Source: an uncultured SAR86 cluster bacterium (GTDB lineage: Bacteria; Pseudomonadota; Gammaproteobacteria; Magnimaribacterales; D2472). From it: a stretch of 64,000 nucleotides of DNA. Both the position numbers and the translations under genes were made by a program. The stretch covers positions 270,104 through 334,103 of the forward strand of contig CACIJE010000001.1 of the NCBI GenBank assembly GCA_902586925.1, read 5' to 3'. Below the pieces are notes generated by a model that saw only the letters and a list, made by a program, of their open reading frames with translations, was not told the origin of the DNA and made no database searches. Shown one piece after another: positions 40,650 to 50,052 of the stretch. Positions within the stretch are counted from its first letter, which is position 1; each line of letters starts with the position of its first letter.

Positions 40650-40819
40650 GTTATTTCTATCATATCAAAGTCCTCCTTGCCAACGCCGCACTCAGGACAT
40701 AACCAATCTTCAGGAACGTCCTCCCAAGCAGTCCCAGGTTCGATACCATCATCAGGCCAACCCAGTTCTTCATCATATATAAGTCCGCAGACAATACATT
40801 CCCATTTCTTAAATTTCAT
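40646..40819 (-). CDS. Rubredoxin (57 aa, absent from the ORF track)
   Basis: Manual translation MKFKKWECIVCGLIYDEELGWPDDGIEPGTAWEDVPEDWLCPECGVGKEDFDMIEIT with two CxxCG motifs; its TGA overlaps the ATG of the DAACS gene. Confidence 0.95.
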   Translation of the reverse strand: MKFKKWECIVCGLIYDEELGWPDDGIEPGTAWEDVPEDWLCPECGVGKEDFDMIEIT

Positions 40820-40889
40820 AAAGTACTAAAAATTAAGTTATTTCGTTCATAACAAGGAGGCTATAATATCAGATTTAAGCATTAAATTA

Positions 40890-41381
40890 ATGAAGCTAAA
40901 GCAAAAATCTTCTTGGATAACGTATAAAGAAATGACGAAACGAGTTAGAAGTAAAACTATAAAATCTTGGCTTACTGAGGATGGTCCCATCACCAAACGA
41001 ATTTCAGCAAAAGAAGATTTCGAATTAAATTTAATACGTGACGAAATTGGTGAGGTTAGTGAAATAGATAAGAAATATTTAGGAGTCACTAAAGGAGATA
41101 TTAAGGTGAGAGAAGTTATCCTAATGGGTAATAAAACTCCTAAAGTGTATGCTAAATCATTGATACCAATCAGGACAATTGAAAAAGGATTTTCAAAATT
41201 AGGGAATCTTGGAAATATGCCTCTGGGAGATATTTTATTTGAAAAAGACATCTTTAATAAGATTGACGTTTTATATTCTTTTTTTTCTTATAAATCTAAT
41301 ATATTTTGGGGCAGAAAAACAAAGTACTTAGTCAAAAATCTTCCCTTTTCAGTTATGGAAGTTTTTTTAATAGACAAATGA
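40890..41381 (+). CDS. ubiC: Chorismate pyruvate-lyase
   Basis: WLTEDGPIT, VREVILMG, VYAKSLIP, LGNMPLGDILF, WGRK..Y, VMEVFL; upstream of ubiA. Confidence 0.85.
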   Translation: MKLKQKSSWITYKEMTKRVRSKTIKSWLTEDGPITKRISAKEDFELNLIRDEIGEVSEIDKKYLGVTKGDIKVREVILMGNKTPKVYAKSLIPIRTIEKGFSKLGNLGNMPLGDILFEKDIFNKIDVLYSFFSYKSNIFWGRKTKYLVKNLPFSVMEVFLIDK

Positions 41382-42232
41382 GAAATAAAATCCACTCTTT
41401 TATTGAACTCGCAAGATTAGATAAGCCTATAGGAATATATCTTCTGCTATGGCCGTCTTTATTGGGATACGTTTTAGCTGGAATAAATTCTGAACTAAAG
41501 TTTAGAAACTTTTTAATAGTTGTGATTGGTTCTGTCTTAGTAAGGTCATGTGGTTGTGTTATTAATGATATTAGTGATTATAAAATAGATAAGCTTGTTA
41601 AAAGAACTTTGAATAGACCTCTTGCAATAGGTTCAATTTCTGTTGTAGAAGCATGGATATTTTTCCTTTTTCTTGGCATCTTGTCTCTTGTTCTTCTGTT
41701 TCAAACTAACCCTCTTACTTTAAAGATTTCTATATTTTTAGCCTTCTTGATAATATTATATCCATTAACAAAAAGATTCTTTATTGCTCCACAGTTTATT
41801 CTTGGAATTACATTTGGTTCTGGCTCTATTATTGCTTATTCTCTTGAGTCAAATATCTTTTCAATATCACTCATAATTTTATATTCTGGGGTAATTGCGT
41901 GGATAATAAGTTTTGATACTTATTATGCCCTAGAGGATAAAAATGATGATGAAAAGATTGGAGTAAATTCTACAGCAATTTTGTGGGGCAGAAATTCAAT
42001 ATTGTATTCTAAAATACTCCACATATTTTTTTATATGTGTCTTTTATCTATAGGATTTATAAATAATTTTTCAAACGTATTTTATATATTCTTTTTCGTA
42101 CTAATATATCTTTTTATTTACCAATCAAACATTATTAAAGAAAAGAGATATATCGATGCATTTAAAATCAATAATTGGGTTGGTATTTCAGCTCTAATAA
42201 GTTTCGTAATTGAAATTATTTACTTAAATTAG
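41378..42232 (+). CDS. ubiA: 4-hydroxybenzoate polyprenyltransferase
   Basis: LARLDKPIGIYLLLWP, GCVINDISD..ID..V.RT..RPL, YPLTKRF, DTYYALEDKNDD. Start reassigned to ATG 41378, which overlaps the ubiC stop. Confidence 0.93.
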   Translation: MRNKIHSFIELARLDKPIGIYLLLWPSLLGYVLAGINSELKFRNFLIVVIGSVLVRSCGCVINDISDYKIDKLVKRTLNRPLAIGSISVVEAWIFFLFLGILSLVLLFQTNPLTLKISIFLAFLIILYPLTKRFFIAPQFILGITFGSGSIIAYSLESNIFSISLIILYSGVIAWIISFDTYYALEDKNDDEKIGVNSTAILWGRNSILYSKILHIFFYMCLLSIGFINNFSNVFYIFFFVLIYLFIYQSNIIKEKRYIDAFKINNWVGISALISFVIEIIYLN

Positions 42233-43369
42233 ATGAAAACAAATTTTAATTTTATTGAGAATTTTGATGCTTTAGATGAATCTCAGTTTAATAAATTAAT
42301 TCGGGAGGATGATGCTCCATTTATTAAATATCCTTTTTTAAAGGCACTTGAAAATTCAGGATGTGTTGGGAGGGACTTAGGCTGGGCTCCTAAGCATCTT
42401 GTGAAATCAAACAAAAATGTAATTAGTGGTTTTTTACCAATGTATATAAAAAACAATAGTCATGGAGAGTTTGTTTTTGATCACTCATGGTCATATGCTT
42501 TGAACAGAGCTGGAAGAAGTTACTATCCAAAATTACTTACTGCAATACCCTTTACCCCTTGTGAAACAAGAAAAATTATTACCGAATCTGTTTCTGATGA
42601 ATATATTGAAAAGGTCATCCAACTCATGAAAGAAAAAAATATTGAAACTTGGCATATCCTTTATCCAGATTCAAATTTAAAAGAGTTATTTCTCAAAAAT
42701 AAACTAATAGAGCGTTTCGGATATAAATTTATATGGGCAAATAAAGGATATGAAAAATTCGATGACTATCTAAATATTTTTAAATCACGACAAAGAAAAA
42801 ATATTAAAAATGAAAGAAGGAAAATATCTGACATAAATATCCACTTCCAAATTAAAGAAGATGATTCTTTAAGAATTGAAGACTGGGATGATTTTTATAA
42901 GTTTTACAAAAATACTTATGAAGAGAGATTGCAAAGACCATATCTGAATATAGATTTCTTCAGAGAGATTCATAAATTTAGGAAACAATTAAAACCTGTT
43001 ATTTTTTTTGCAATTCATAATGATAAAAGGATAGCTGGTTCATTATGCTTTGTTAGTAATGACACGCTTTATGGAAGGCATTGGGGATCTTCCTTCAATA
43101 TTGACTCACTTCATTTTGAAACTTGTTTTTATCAAGGTATAGAATTTTGTATAAATAAAAAAATTAAGTATTTTGATCCTGGTGTCCAAGGTGAACATAA
43201 AATAAGGAGAGGTTTTGAGCCAAAAAGAACTAGCTCATTTCACTATATTAAAGAAAATGACTTTAGAAATGCTATTGTTGAATTTTGTGAGAAAGAGAAA
43301 AGTGAAATTACTAGATATTTAGAAGCATGTGAGAGATATACACCTTTTAATAAAGAATATAAAATTTAA
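42233..43369 (+). CDS. GNAT/FemAB-like protein (DUF482 family)
   Basis: NSHGEFVFDHSW, YYPKLLTAIPFTP, LYGRHWG, LHFETCFYQGIE, QGEHKIRRGF. Confidence 0.9.
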   Translation: MKTNFNFIENFDALDESQFNKLIREDDAPFIKYPFLKALENSGCVGRDLGWAPKHLVKSNKNVISGFLPMYIKNNSHGEFVFDHSWSYALNRAGRSYYPKLLTAIPFTPCETRKIITESVSDEYIEKVIQLMKEKNIETWHILYPDSNLKELFLKNKLIERFGYKFIWANKGYEKFDDYLNIFKSRQRKNIKNERRKISDINIHFQIKEDDSLRIEDWDDFYKFYKNTYEERLQRPYLNIDFFREIHKFRKQLKPVIFFAIHNDKRIAGSLCFVSNDTLYGRHWGSSFNIDSLHFETCFYQGIEFCINKKIKYFDPGVQGEHKIRRGFEPKRTSSFHYIKENDFRNAIVEFCEKEKSEITRYLEACERYTPFNKEYKI

Positions 43370-43371
43370 GA

Positions 43372-43794
43372 ATGAGTAAATGTTTGCCAAAAACAAGTTA
43401 TCAACTTGCAGTTTGCGAAACCAATTTTTTAAGATTAAAGAATTTGCTTCAAAATTTTTCAAAAAATAAATACTTGTTTGAAACAATTAATCCAGACACT
43501 TCTTCTAATCCAATATCCTTTTGTGTATTACATAGGACACGTCATACATTAATTATTGAAGCAAAACAAAAAATTAAATTAAAAAAAATAGATGATCTTA
43601 TTATTAGGATACAAATATCTTTAGATGCTAGGCTAGCAGAAGTTTTATCGTTTCAAGGAGAAAGAGCTGTTCCTTATTTTATGAAAGTGCTAAAGATACA
43701 ATCAAAAGATGAAAAAATACAACAAAATAAATTCTTAACAGAATGGCTAGAGAACATATTTTCGAATGGTATTAATCCTCATGTAAAAATTTGA
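43372..43794 (+). CDS. DUF1249 (YqiB-like) protein
   Basis: CETNFLRL, DARLAEV, DEKIQQNKFLTEWL; adjacent to yqiA-like esterase. Confidence 0.75.
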   Translation: MSKCLPKTSYQLAVCETNFLRLKNLLQNFSKNKYLFETINPDTSSNPISFCVLHRTRHTLIIEAKQKIKLKKIDDLIIRIQISLDARLAEVLSFQGERAVPYFMKVLKIQSKDEKIQQNKFLTEWLENIFSNGINPHVKI

Positions 43795-44369
43795 TGATAA
43801 ATACAATTTTATACTTTCATGGCTTTGCATCATCTTCAGATTCAGATAAAGCAAAAATTATAAAAAGTCATATTTCTAAAATATCAAAAAAAATAAAAGT
43901 ACTTACGCCAGATCTCAGTAATGACTTCATAGAAGCAAATAATCAAATAAATAAACTTATCAATGAAAATAAAAAAGATTTTGCATTCGTAGGTAGTTCT
44001 CTCGGTGGTTATTTTGCAAGTTGTTTTGGAAGTGTTAACAACTCAAAAGTGATCTTAATAAATCCAGCAATACCGCCGTTAGAGGGTTTTGAACAATATC
44101 TTGGTGAAAATGAAAATTATTCAACTGGAGAAAAATTTAATATTACCAAAAAAGATATAGAATTTTTAAGATCTCTTGTTATTAACAAATATATTAACCA
44201 AAAAAATACATTAGTCTTTTTAGAGTCGGGAGACGAAGTCCTTAATTATGTTGAAGCTGCTAAATACTATAGGGGGTCAAATATTGATATAACCTTTGGT
44301 GGCAATCATTCATATGAATCTATTACTAAAAAGTTACAAAAAATCGTTAAATTTATAGAAATTCAATAA
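43791..44369 (+). CDS. yqiA: YqiA/YcfP family alpha/beta esterase
   Basis: LYFHGFASS, GSSLGGY, INPA, GDEVLNY, GGNHSY. Confidence 0.88.
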   Translation: MMINTILYFHGFASSSDSDKAKIIKSHISKISKKIKVLTPDLSNDFIEANNQINKLINENKKDFAFVGSSLGGYFASCFGSVNNSKVILINPAIPPLEGFEQYLGENENYSTGEKFNITKKDIEFLRSLVINKYINQKNTLVFLESGDEVLNYVEAAKYYRGSNIDITFGGNHSYESITKKLQKIVKFIEIQ

Positions 44370-44370
44370 A

Positions 44371-44392
44371 TTGAACAAAAATTGAACAAAAA
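44371..44392 (+). repeat. Tandem 11-bp direct repeat upstream of glutamine synthetase
   Basis: TTGAACAAAAA twice in tandem (44371-44381, 44382-44392). Confidence 0.85.
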
Positions 44393-44401
44393 ACTTTATT
44401 T

Positions 44402-44440
44402 TGCACATAATTAATGCATAATATATTCATAATTTGTGCA
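44402..44440. promoter_or_regulatory. Two putative NtrC-binding boxes
   Basis: TGCACATAATTAATGCA (44402-44418) and TATTCATAATTTGTGCA (44424-44440) versus the 17-bp consensus TGCAC-N7-GTGCA; ntrBC lies directly downstream. Confidence 0.6.
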
Positions 44441-44504
44441 TTTTTGAAATTTCAGCTAGCACAAAAATTTAATCACAATTACAAATTTATTTTAGGAGAG
44501 ATAA

Positions 44505-45473
44505 ATGAAAACATACGAATATATATGGCTAGATGGATATCAGCCTGAGCCAATGATGAGAAGTAAAGTTAAAGCTACTGATGATGAAACTCCTCCAGAC
44601 TGGTCTTTTGATGGTTCTTCAACACAACAAGCTGAAGGTGGAAGTTCTGATTGTTTACTTATACCAGTTCAAACATATTCAAATCCAAATGGTCATGATC
44701 TTGTGATGACTCAAGTTCAGTCAGCTGATCATACTACTCATCCATCTAATTTCAGAGCTGCAGCTGCTGAGGTTGTTTCTGATGAGTGGTGGTTTGGTTT
44801 TGAACAAGAGTTCTTTTTTACTGATCCTCAAACAGGTGAACCATTAGGATGGGAAGATGGTGAACCAAGAGAACAAGGTGAATACTACTGTGGAGTTGGT
44901 GCAAGTAACGTAGTTGGCAGAGAAATTTCTGATGCACATCTTCAAGCATGTTTAGATCTCGGTATTACGCTCACAGGTACTAATGCAGAGGTCGCATTAG
45001 GTCAGTGGGAGTACCAATGTTTTGGAAAGGGGATCAAGGCCGCTGATGACCTTTGGGTGAGTCGTTATTTACTTTACAAAATTGCAGAAGAATTTGGTGT
45101 TGGTGTGAACATTCATCCAAAACCAAAAACTGGTGATTGGAACGGCTCAGGCATGCATACAAACTTTTCAAATGAGGCAATGAGGACAGCAGGTTCTGAA
45201 GAATTATTTAGTTCTATGTGTGACAAACTTGGTGAAGTTCATGATGCTGGAATAGCTGCATATGGCTCTGATAATGACATGAGATTAACTGGTTTACATG
45301 AAACACAAAAAATAACAGAATTCTCATATGGCGTCAGCGACAGAGGCGCAAGCATAAGAATACCTGTTTATACAGTTGAACATGACTGGAACGGCTATTT
45401 AGAAGATAGAAGGCCTGCATCAAATGCAGATCCATATAAGATTTTAGCTCATATCGTAGGAACGCTAACTTAA
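44505..45473 (+). CDS. glnII: Glutamine synthetase type II
   Basis: 322 aa; EYIWLDG, WSFDGSST, WFGFEQE, QGEYYCGVGA, GTNAEVALGQWEYQ, GDWNGSGMHTNFS, RLTGLHET, DRGASIRIP, EDRRPASNADPY; SD AGGAG. Confidence 0.92.
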   Translation: MKTYEYIWLDGYQPEPMMRSKVKATDDETPPDWSFDGSSTQQAEGGSSDCLLIPVQTYSNPNGHDLVMTQVQSADHTTHPSNFRAAAAEVVSDEWWFGFEQEFFFTDPQTGEPLGWEDGEPREQGEYYCGVGASNVVGREISDAHLQACLDLGITLTGTNAEVALGQWEYQCFGKGIKAADDLWVSRYLLYKIAEEFGVGVNIHPKPKTGDWNGSGMHTNFSNEAMRTAGSEELFSSMCDKLGEVHDAGIAAYGSDNDMRLTGLHETQKITEFSYGVSDRGASIRIPVYTVEHDWNGYLEDRRPASNADPYKILAHIVGTLT

Positions 45474-45481
45474 TTTTTTTC

Positions 45482-45517
45482 AACTTACTCTGCCCTGTTA
45501 AAAACAGGGTAGAAGTT
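45482..45517 (+). terminator. Hairpin between glnII and ntrB
   Basis: CTGCCCTGTT-AAA-AACAGGGTAG stem extended by AACTT/AAGTT; only a weak U tail, so it may be a partial terminator or an mRNA stabiliser. Confidence 0.55.
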
Positions 45518-45523
45518 ATCTAA

Positions 45524-46600
45524 ATGGAAATTGCCAAAGCAGAGTTATCTTTCTTAAACCAGCTTACCTCTGAAATTATCATTCTTGATGAAAATCTCAA
45601 AATAGTGTGGTTGAATTATTCTGCATTAAATAAAGGTTGGATCATTGATAATAAAAAAAGTTTGATAACTGATCAGCTATCTGAAGTTACAAACGCTTCT
45701 TTAGTTGGTCTATTTAAAAATGCAATAAGAAAAAATCTCTCACAAACCAAGAGAGATTTTGAACTAATTAATTCTAAACTTGAAAAAAGAGAGATCGATG
45801 TAACAGTGAGGTGGAGTAATTCATACGAATGTCTAATTGTTGAAATTTTGTGTGTTGACAATCTCAATAAAATGGTTGATTCGTCAAAAAGTTTTTCAAT
45901 ACAAAAGATAGCAGCAAATTTAGCAAGAACCCTAGCTCATGAAGTTAAGAACCCCCTGTCTGGTATTAAAGGAAGTGCTCAAATTCTTAGAAAAAAGTTA
46001 AAAGATGATTTTTCTTCAAAATTTCTCAAAATAATTATTGATGAAACTGATAGATTAAATAGTATTGTTACAAAAATTCTTACTCCACCTTCAAAACCTA
46101 ATCTTGCGCCTTTTAATATTCATTCTGCTCTTGAAAAAGTTTATGCATTAGCTGATGCAGATAAAAATGAAAAAATTAAACTTATAAGAGACTACGATCC
46201 TAGCATCCCTGAAATAAATGGTGATGAGAACTTATTTGTTCAAGCAATTCTTAATATTGTAAAAAATGCACAGCAGGCAATTGAAAATACAAAAGATCCA
46301 TCAATTACTATTAAATCAAGAATCCAATTTGGTAAACCTATAAATGGGACAACATATCCAACAATATGCTCTATAGAAATTAAAGATAATGGTCCTGGCA
46401 TACCTAATGAACTTCATGATCAGGTTTTTTTTCCAATGGTCTCTGTGAAAGAGAACGGATCTGGATTAGGCCTAACTATTGCTCAGGATATTATAAGGAT
46501 TCATGGTGGAGGAATAGTGTTTTCATCTGATCCAGGAAATACAGTTTTTTCAATTCAAATTCCTATTAAAGCAGATAATAAGGAGTCTCAAATTGCATAG
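45524..46600 (+). CDS. glnL: Nitrogen regulation sensor histidine kinase NtrB
   Basis: PAS-like N-terminus, LAHEVKNPLSGIKGSAQIL, DYDPSIP, NIVKNA, DNGPGIP, GSGLGL. Confidence 0.95.
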   Translation: MEIAKAELSFLNQLTSEIIILDENLKIVWLNYSALNKGWIIDNKKSLITDQLSEVTNASLVGLFKNAIRKNLSQTKRDFELINSKLEKREIDVTVRWSNSYECLIVEILCVDNLNKMVDSSKSFSIQKIAANLARTLAHEVKNPLSGIKGSAQILRKKLKDDFSSKFLKIIIDETDRLNSIVTKILTPPSKPNLAPFNIHSALEKVYALADADKNEKIKLIRDYDPSIPEINGDENLFVQAILNIVKNAQQAIENTKDPSITIKSRIQFGKPINGTTYPTICSIEIKDNGPGIPNELHDQVFFPMVSVKENGSGLGLTIAQDIIRIHGGGIVFSSDPGNTVFSIQIPIKADNKESQIA

Positions 46601-47969
46601 TGTATGGATTGCAGATGATGACCAAGCAATTAGACTTGTCCTTGAGGAGAGTCTCTCAAGTTCAGGGTTTCAAACAGAAAGCTTTTCAAACGGCGAAGAC
46701 TTAATAAAAAAACTTGAGACTAATCAGCCAGACTTAATAATTACCGATGTACAAATGCCAGGAATGCTAGGTTTTGATCTAATGAAACATATAAATAATA
46801 ATTTTGAGAACATCCCAGTTATTATTATGACCGCTTTTGCTGATATGCAAACAGCTGTCGAGTCATTTGGTGGTGGTGCATTTGAATATTTACCCAAGCC
46901 ATTTGATCTAGAGGAAGCAACAGAAATTGTTGTAAGAGCTTTGGAGGATAAACCAAAAACTAAAGGTCTAAAAAAAGATACAAAGCTTGATATAGTAGGT
47001 GAATCACAAGCAATGCAGAATGTTTATAGAGCTATTGGCAAGCTATCAAGTACCATCGCAACTGTATTAATTCAAGGAGAATCTGGAACTGGTAAGGAAT
47101 TAATAGCAAAATCACTTCACAAAAATAGTCCTAGAAATGATATGCCATTTATAGCACTTAATATGGCTGATATTCCAAAAGAACTTGTCGAGTCTGAGCT
47201 TTTTGGACACGAGAAAGGTTCTTTTACTGGAGCTGTAGAAAAAAGAATTGGCAGATTTGAGCAAGCAAATGGCGGGACTTTATTTTTAGATGAAATTGGA
47301 GATATGCCTTTAGACTCTCAAACACGTCTTCTAAGAGTGCTATCAAATAAAGAATTTTACAGAGTTGGTGGAGATAAACCTATAAAAGTGGATGTTAGAA
47401 TTGTTGCAGCTACTCACCAAAATCTTAATAATCTAGTATCACAAAATAAATTTAGAGAAGATCTTTTTTACAGGTTGAATGTGATTAAAATTGAAGTTCC
47501 TCCTCTTAGAAATAGAAAAGATGACATTAAAGAACTTTCTAGGTTCTTTCTTAAAAATTACTCAGATTCACTTGATGAAGATCTTAGGGTGATTTCAGAT
47601 GAAGCAATGAATTTACTTGAAAAGTTTGATTGGCCAGGAAATGTTAGACAACTTGAAAATGTATGCTATTGGTTAACGCTAATGTCGCCATCTCAAAATA
47701 TAAAATCTCAAGATTTACCAACTGAAGTTAAAGAATTTGAAGTTACTGATATCCCATCATCCTCTTGGGAAGAAGGAATGCAAAATTGGCTTAAAAACGT
47801 TTCAATGAATATCGATTCTGGTCTTTCTGAGATAGCCATAACAAAAATTGAAAAAATGCTCATTAAAACTGCTCTTGAAAGATCAAATGGTAAAAAAAAT
47901 GATGCAGCTCAGATCTTGGGTTGGGGTAGAAATACTCTTACAAAAAAAATGAAAGACCATGGGATTTAA
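46593..47969 (+). CDS. glnG: Nitrogen regulation response regulator NtrC
   Basis: Receiver (ITDVQMPG), AAA+ ([42 protein letters not shown]), Fis-type HTH (LGWGRNTL); TTG start with AAGGAG SD. Confidence 0.96.
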   Translation: MHSVWIADDDQAIRLVLEESLSSSGFQTESFSNGEDLIKKLETNQPDLIITDVQMPGMLGFDLMKHINNNFENIPVIIMTAFADMQTAVESFGGGAFEYLPKPFDLEEATEIVVRALEDKPKTKGLKKDTKLDIVGESQAMQNVYRAIGKLSSTIATVLIQGESGTGKELIAKSLHKNSPRNDMPFIALNMADIPKELVESELFGHEKGSFTGAVEKRIGRFEQANGGTLFLDEIGDMPLDSQTRLLRVLSNKEFYRVGGDKPIKVDVRIVAATHQNLNNLVSQNKFREDLFYRLNVIKIEVPPLRNRKDDIKELSRFFLKNYSDSLDEDLRVISDEAMNLLEKFDWPGNVRQLENVCYWLTLMSPSQNIKSQDLPTEVKEFEVTDIPSSSWEEGMQNWLKNVSMNIDSGLSEIAITKIEKMLIKTALERSNGKKNDAAQILGWGRNTLTKKMKDHGI

Positions 47970-48385
47970 ACTAATGGTAAATTACTCATTTTCCATTCAT
48001 TAATACCACCTTTTAATATTAAAATCTTCTCAATTCCTTCTTTTTTTAGAGTTTCACCAGCATTGGTAGATGCGCCTCCAGTTTCACATACCAAAACAAT
48101 AGATTTATCAGTTTTTACTAATTCATTTGATCGTCTTGATATATCTTTTGCGGGAACATTAATTGATGATGTTATATGGCCAGAATTAAAAGTATCAGAA
48201 TCTCTTAGATCAACAATCAATGCAGAGTCATTATTAGATAGACTTATTAAGTGTTGGCATGATATTTTCTTTCCACCTTTTTTTGCGTTTGAAATCAAGA
48301 AAAGAATTACCAGGACTATTAAGGGTAAAGATAAGTAATAACGTTCAATTAAAAAATTAATTATTTCCATCTGTATATTATCCAT
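47966..48385 (-). CDS. Rhodanese-like membrane protein (YibN-like)
   Basis: N-terminal TM, IVDLRD..F.SGHI.SSINVP, LVCETG, LKGGINEW. Confidence 0.88.
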   Translation of the reverse strand: MDNIQMEIINFLIERYYLSLPLIVLVILFLISNAKKGGKKISCQHLISLSNNDSALIVDLRDSDTFNSGHITSSINVPAKDISRRSNELVKTDKSIVLVCETGGASTNAGETLKKEGIEKILILKGGINEWKMSNLPLV

Positions 48386-48416
48386 TAAAATGGTATGGAT
48401 TGATTATAAAATATTA

Positions 48417-49040
48417 ATGAAAAATAAAAATTTAATTTTAGTACGCCATGGTCAAAGTGAGTGGAATCAAAAGAATATATTTACGGGTTGGGAAAATCCT
48501 GGGCTAACTCAGAAGGGACGTGAAGAAGCAAAACTCGCAGGAATTTTAATTAATAATTTAAAAATAAAATTTAATTATTTATTTACATCCGCCTTAGTAA
48601 GAGCTCAAGTAACTGGAACAATAATTTTAGATAATATTAATCAAGAGAATGTCAAAATAATAAAGAACAAAGCATTAAATGAAAGATTCTATGGAGATCT
48701 TCAGGGTTTAAATAAAGATGAGTGCAGAAAGAAATGGGGAGAAAATCAAGTTCAAATTTGGAGAAGATCATATGACATAGGTCCACCTGGAGGAGAATCA
48801 TTAAAAGAAACTGGAGAAAGAGTTATGCCCTTCTTTTTAAATGAAATTTTTCCATTAATATTAAAAGGAGAAAATATTATAGTTTCTGCTCATGGTAATT
48901 CTTTACGATCACTGCTTAAATATTTAGACAAATTATCCTCTAAAGAAATTGTTAAATTAGAGATACCTACTGGCTCTCCAATTCATTATCTTTTTGATGA
49001 TAGTGGAGAGATATTACATAAAAAAAACTTAATTGAATAA
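48417..49040 (+). CDS. gpmA: 2,3-bisphosphoglycerate-dependent phosphoglycerate mutase
   Basis: LVRHGQSEWN, FTGW, ALNERFYGDLQGLNK, WRRSYD.GPPGGESLK, AHGNSLR. Start reassigned to ATG 48417. Confidence 0.95.
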   Translation: MKNKNLILVRHGQSEWNQKNIFTGWENPGLTQKGREEAKLAGILINNLKIKFNYLFTSALVRAQVTGTIILDNINQENVKIIKNKALNERFYGDLQGLNKDECRKKWGENQVQIWRRSYDIGPPGGESLKETGERVMPFFLNEIFPLILKGENIIVSAHGNSLRSLLKYLDKLSSKEIVKLEIPTGSPIHYLFDDSGEILHKKNLIE

Positions 49041-50052
49041 CTTTAATATAAATAGTAAAAATTTTTCTGACAACGTAAGTAGTTGGTATTTAAGATCTGG
49101 TAGGAGTAATTTACCTTGGAGAAAAAATATTTCTCCCTATAGAGTCTGGATATCAGAAATAATGCTTCAACAAACTCAAGTAAAAACTGTCATTCCTTTT
49201 TTTAAAAAGTTTATTAAAAAATATCCTAATTTAAAATCAATTTCTGTTGCATCAGAAGATGATATTTTAGCTCTTTGGTCCGGCTTAGGTTTTTATCGAA
49301 GAGCAAAAAATATTTTTAAAACTAAAGAAATTATAAAGAGTAATTATAAAAATATATTTCCTAAAAATTTTGAAGAATTAATACTTCTACCTGGTATTGG
49401 GAGATCGACTGCAGGTGCAATTATGTCAATCGCCTATAAAAAATCTTATCCAATACTGGATGCAAATGTAAAGAGAGTTATCTCAAGGTTCAATAATATT
49501 AATATTGAAAATAAACAAGCTTTAAAATCACTCTGGTCATTATCAGAATCGTATACTCCAAACAATAATATTTTTGAATACACGCAAGGAATAATGGATC
49601 TAGGTGCAACTGTATGTCACTTAAGATCTCCTATGTGCAATGATTGTCCTTTAAAGCTTTCCTGTAAAAATGCGTTTAAGGAATTTAATATTATTAAAAA
49701 GAATAAAAAACAAAAATTAACAAAAAAAATAAACTTTATTCTTGCTCATTCAAATCAATCCTTTTTATTATTTAAAAAAAATGAAAATAGTTTTTGGGAA
49801 AGTTTATGGATTCCATACGATAACCAATACAAAAGAAGGCAAAGTCTATTTAAACAACCAATTAAGAAGGAGATTCAAAACTTTAATCATGCTCTATCTC
49901 ATGTTGATCTCAATATCTCAATTGAAATATTTGATTATAAAAAACCTTTTAAACTTAAAACAAATCTTGAACATAAATGGATTAATAAAGAAGTGATTAA
50001 TGAATTTGGCCTCCCAAAACCCATAAAGTCTATAATAGAAAATCATGTCTAA
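49033..50052 (+). CDS. mutY: A/G-specific adenine DNA glycosylase
   Basis: YRVWISEIMLQQTQV, WSGLGFYRRA, LPGIGRSTAGAI, LDANVKRV, FeS motif C-x6-C-x2-C-x5-C. Confidence 0.96.
   Translation: MNNFNINSKNFSDNVSSWYLRSGRSNLPWRKNISPYRVWISEIMLQQTQVKTVIPFFKKFIKKYPNLKSISVASEDDILALWSGLGFYRRAKNIFKTKEIIKSNYKNIFPKNFEELILLPGIGRSTAGAIMSIAYKKSYPILDANVKRVISRFNNINIENKQALKSLWSLSESYTPNNNIFEYTQGIMDLGATVCHLRSPMCNDCPLKLSCKNAFKEFNIIKKNKKQKLTKKINFILAHSNQSFLLFKKNENSFWESLWIPYDNQYKRRQSLFKQPIKKEIQNFNHALSHVDLNISIEIFDYKKPFKLKTNLEHKWINKEVINEFGLPKPIKSIIENHV

Noticed and set aside
41306-41377. N-terminal extensions in the ORF track for ubiA, gpmA (48390), ybjQ (56401), lgt (61635) and thyA (62408)
   Set aside because: Homology begins at downstream ATGs. 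These give typical ATGA overlaps for ubiA, lgt and thyA, and room for a divergent promoter for gpmA and ybjQ.
44457-44472. Possible sigma54 -24/-12 promoter TAGCAC-AAAAA-TTTAA
   Set aside because: It lacks the invariant GG and GC dinucleotides and lies only 16 bp from the NtrC-like box.
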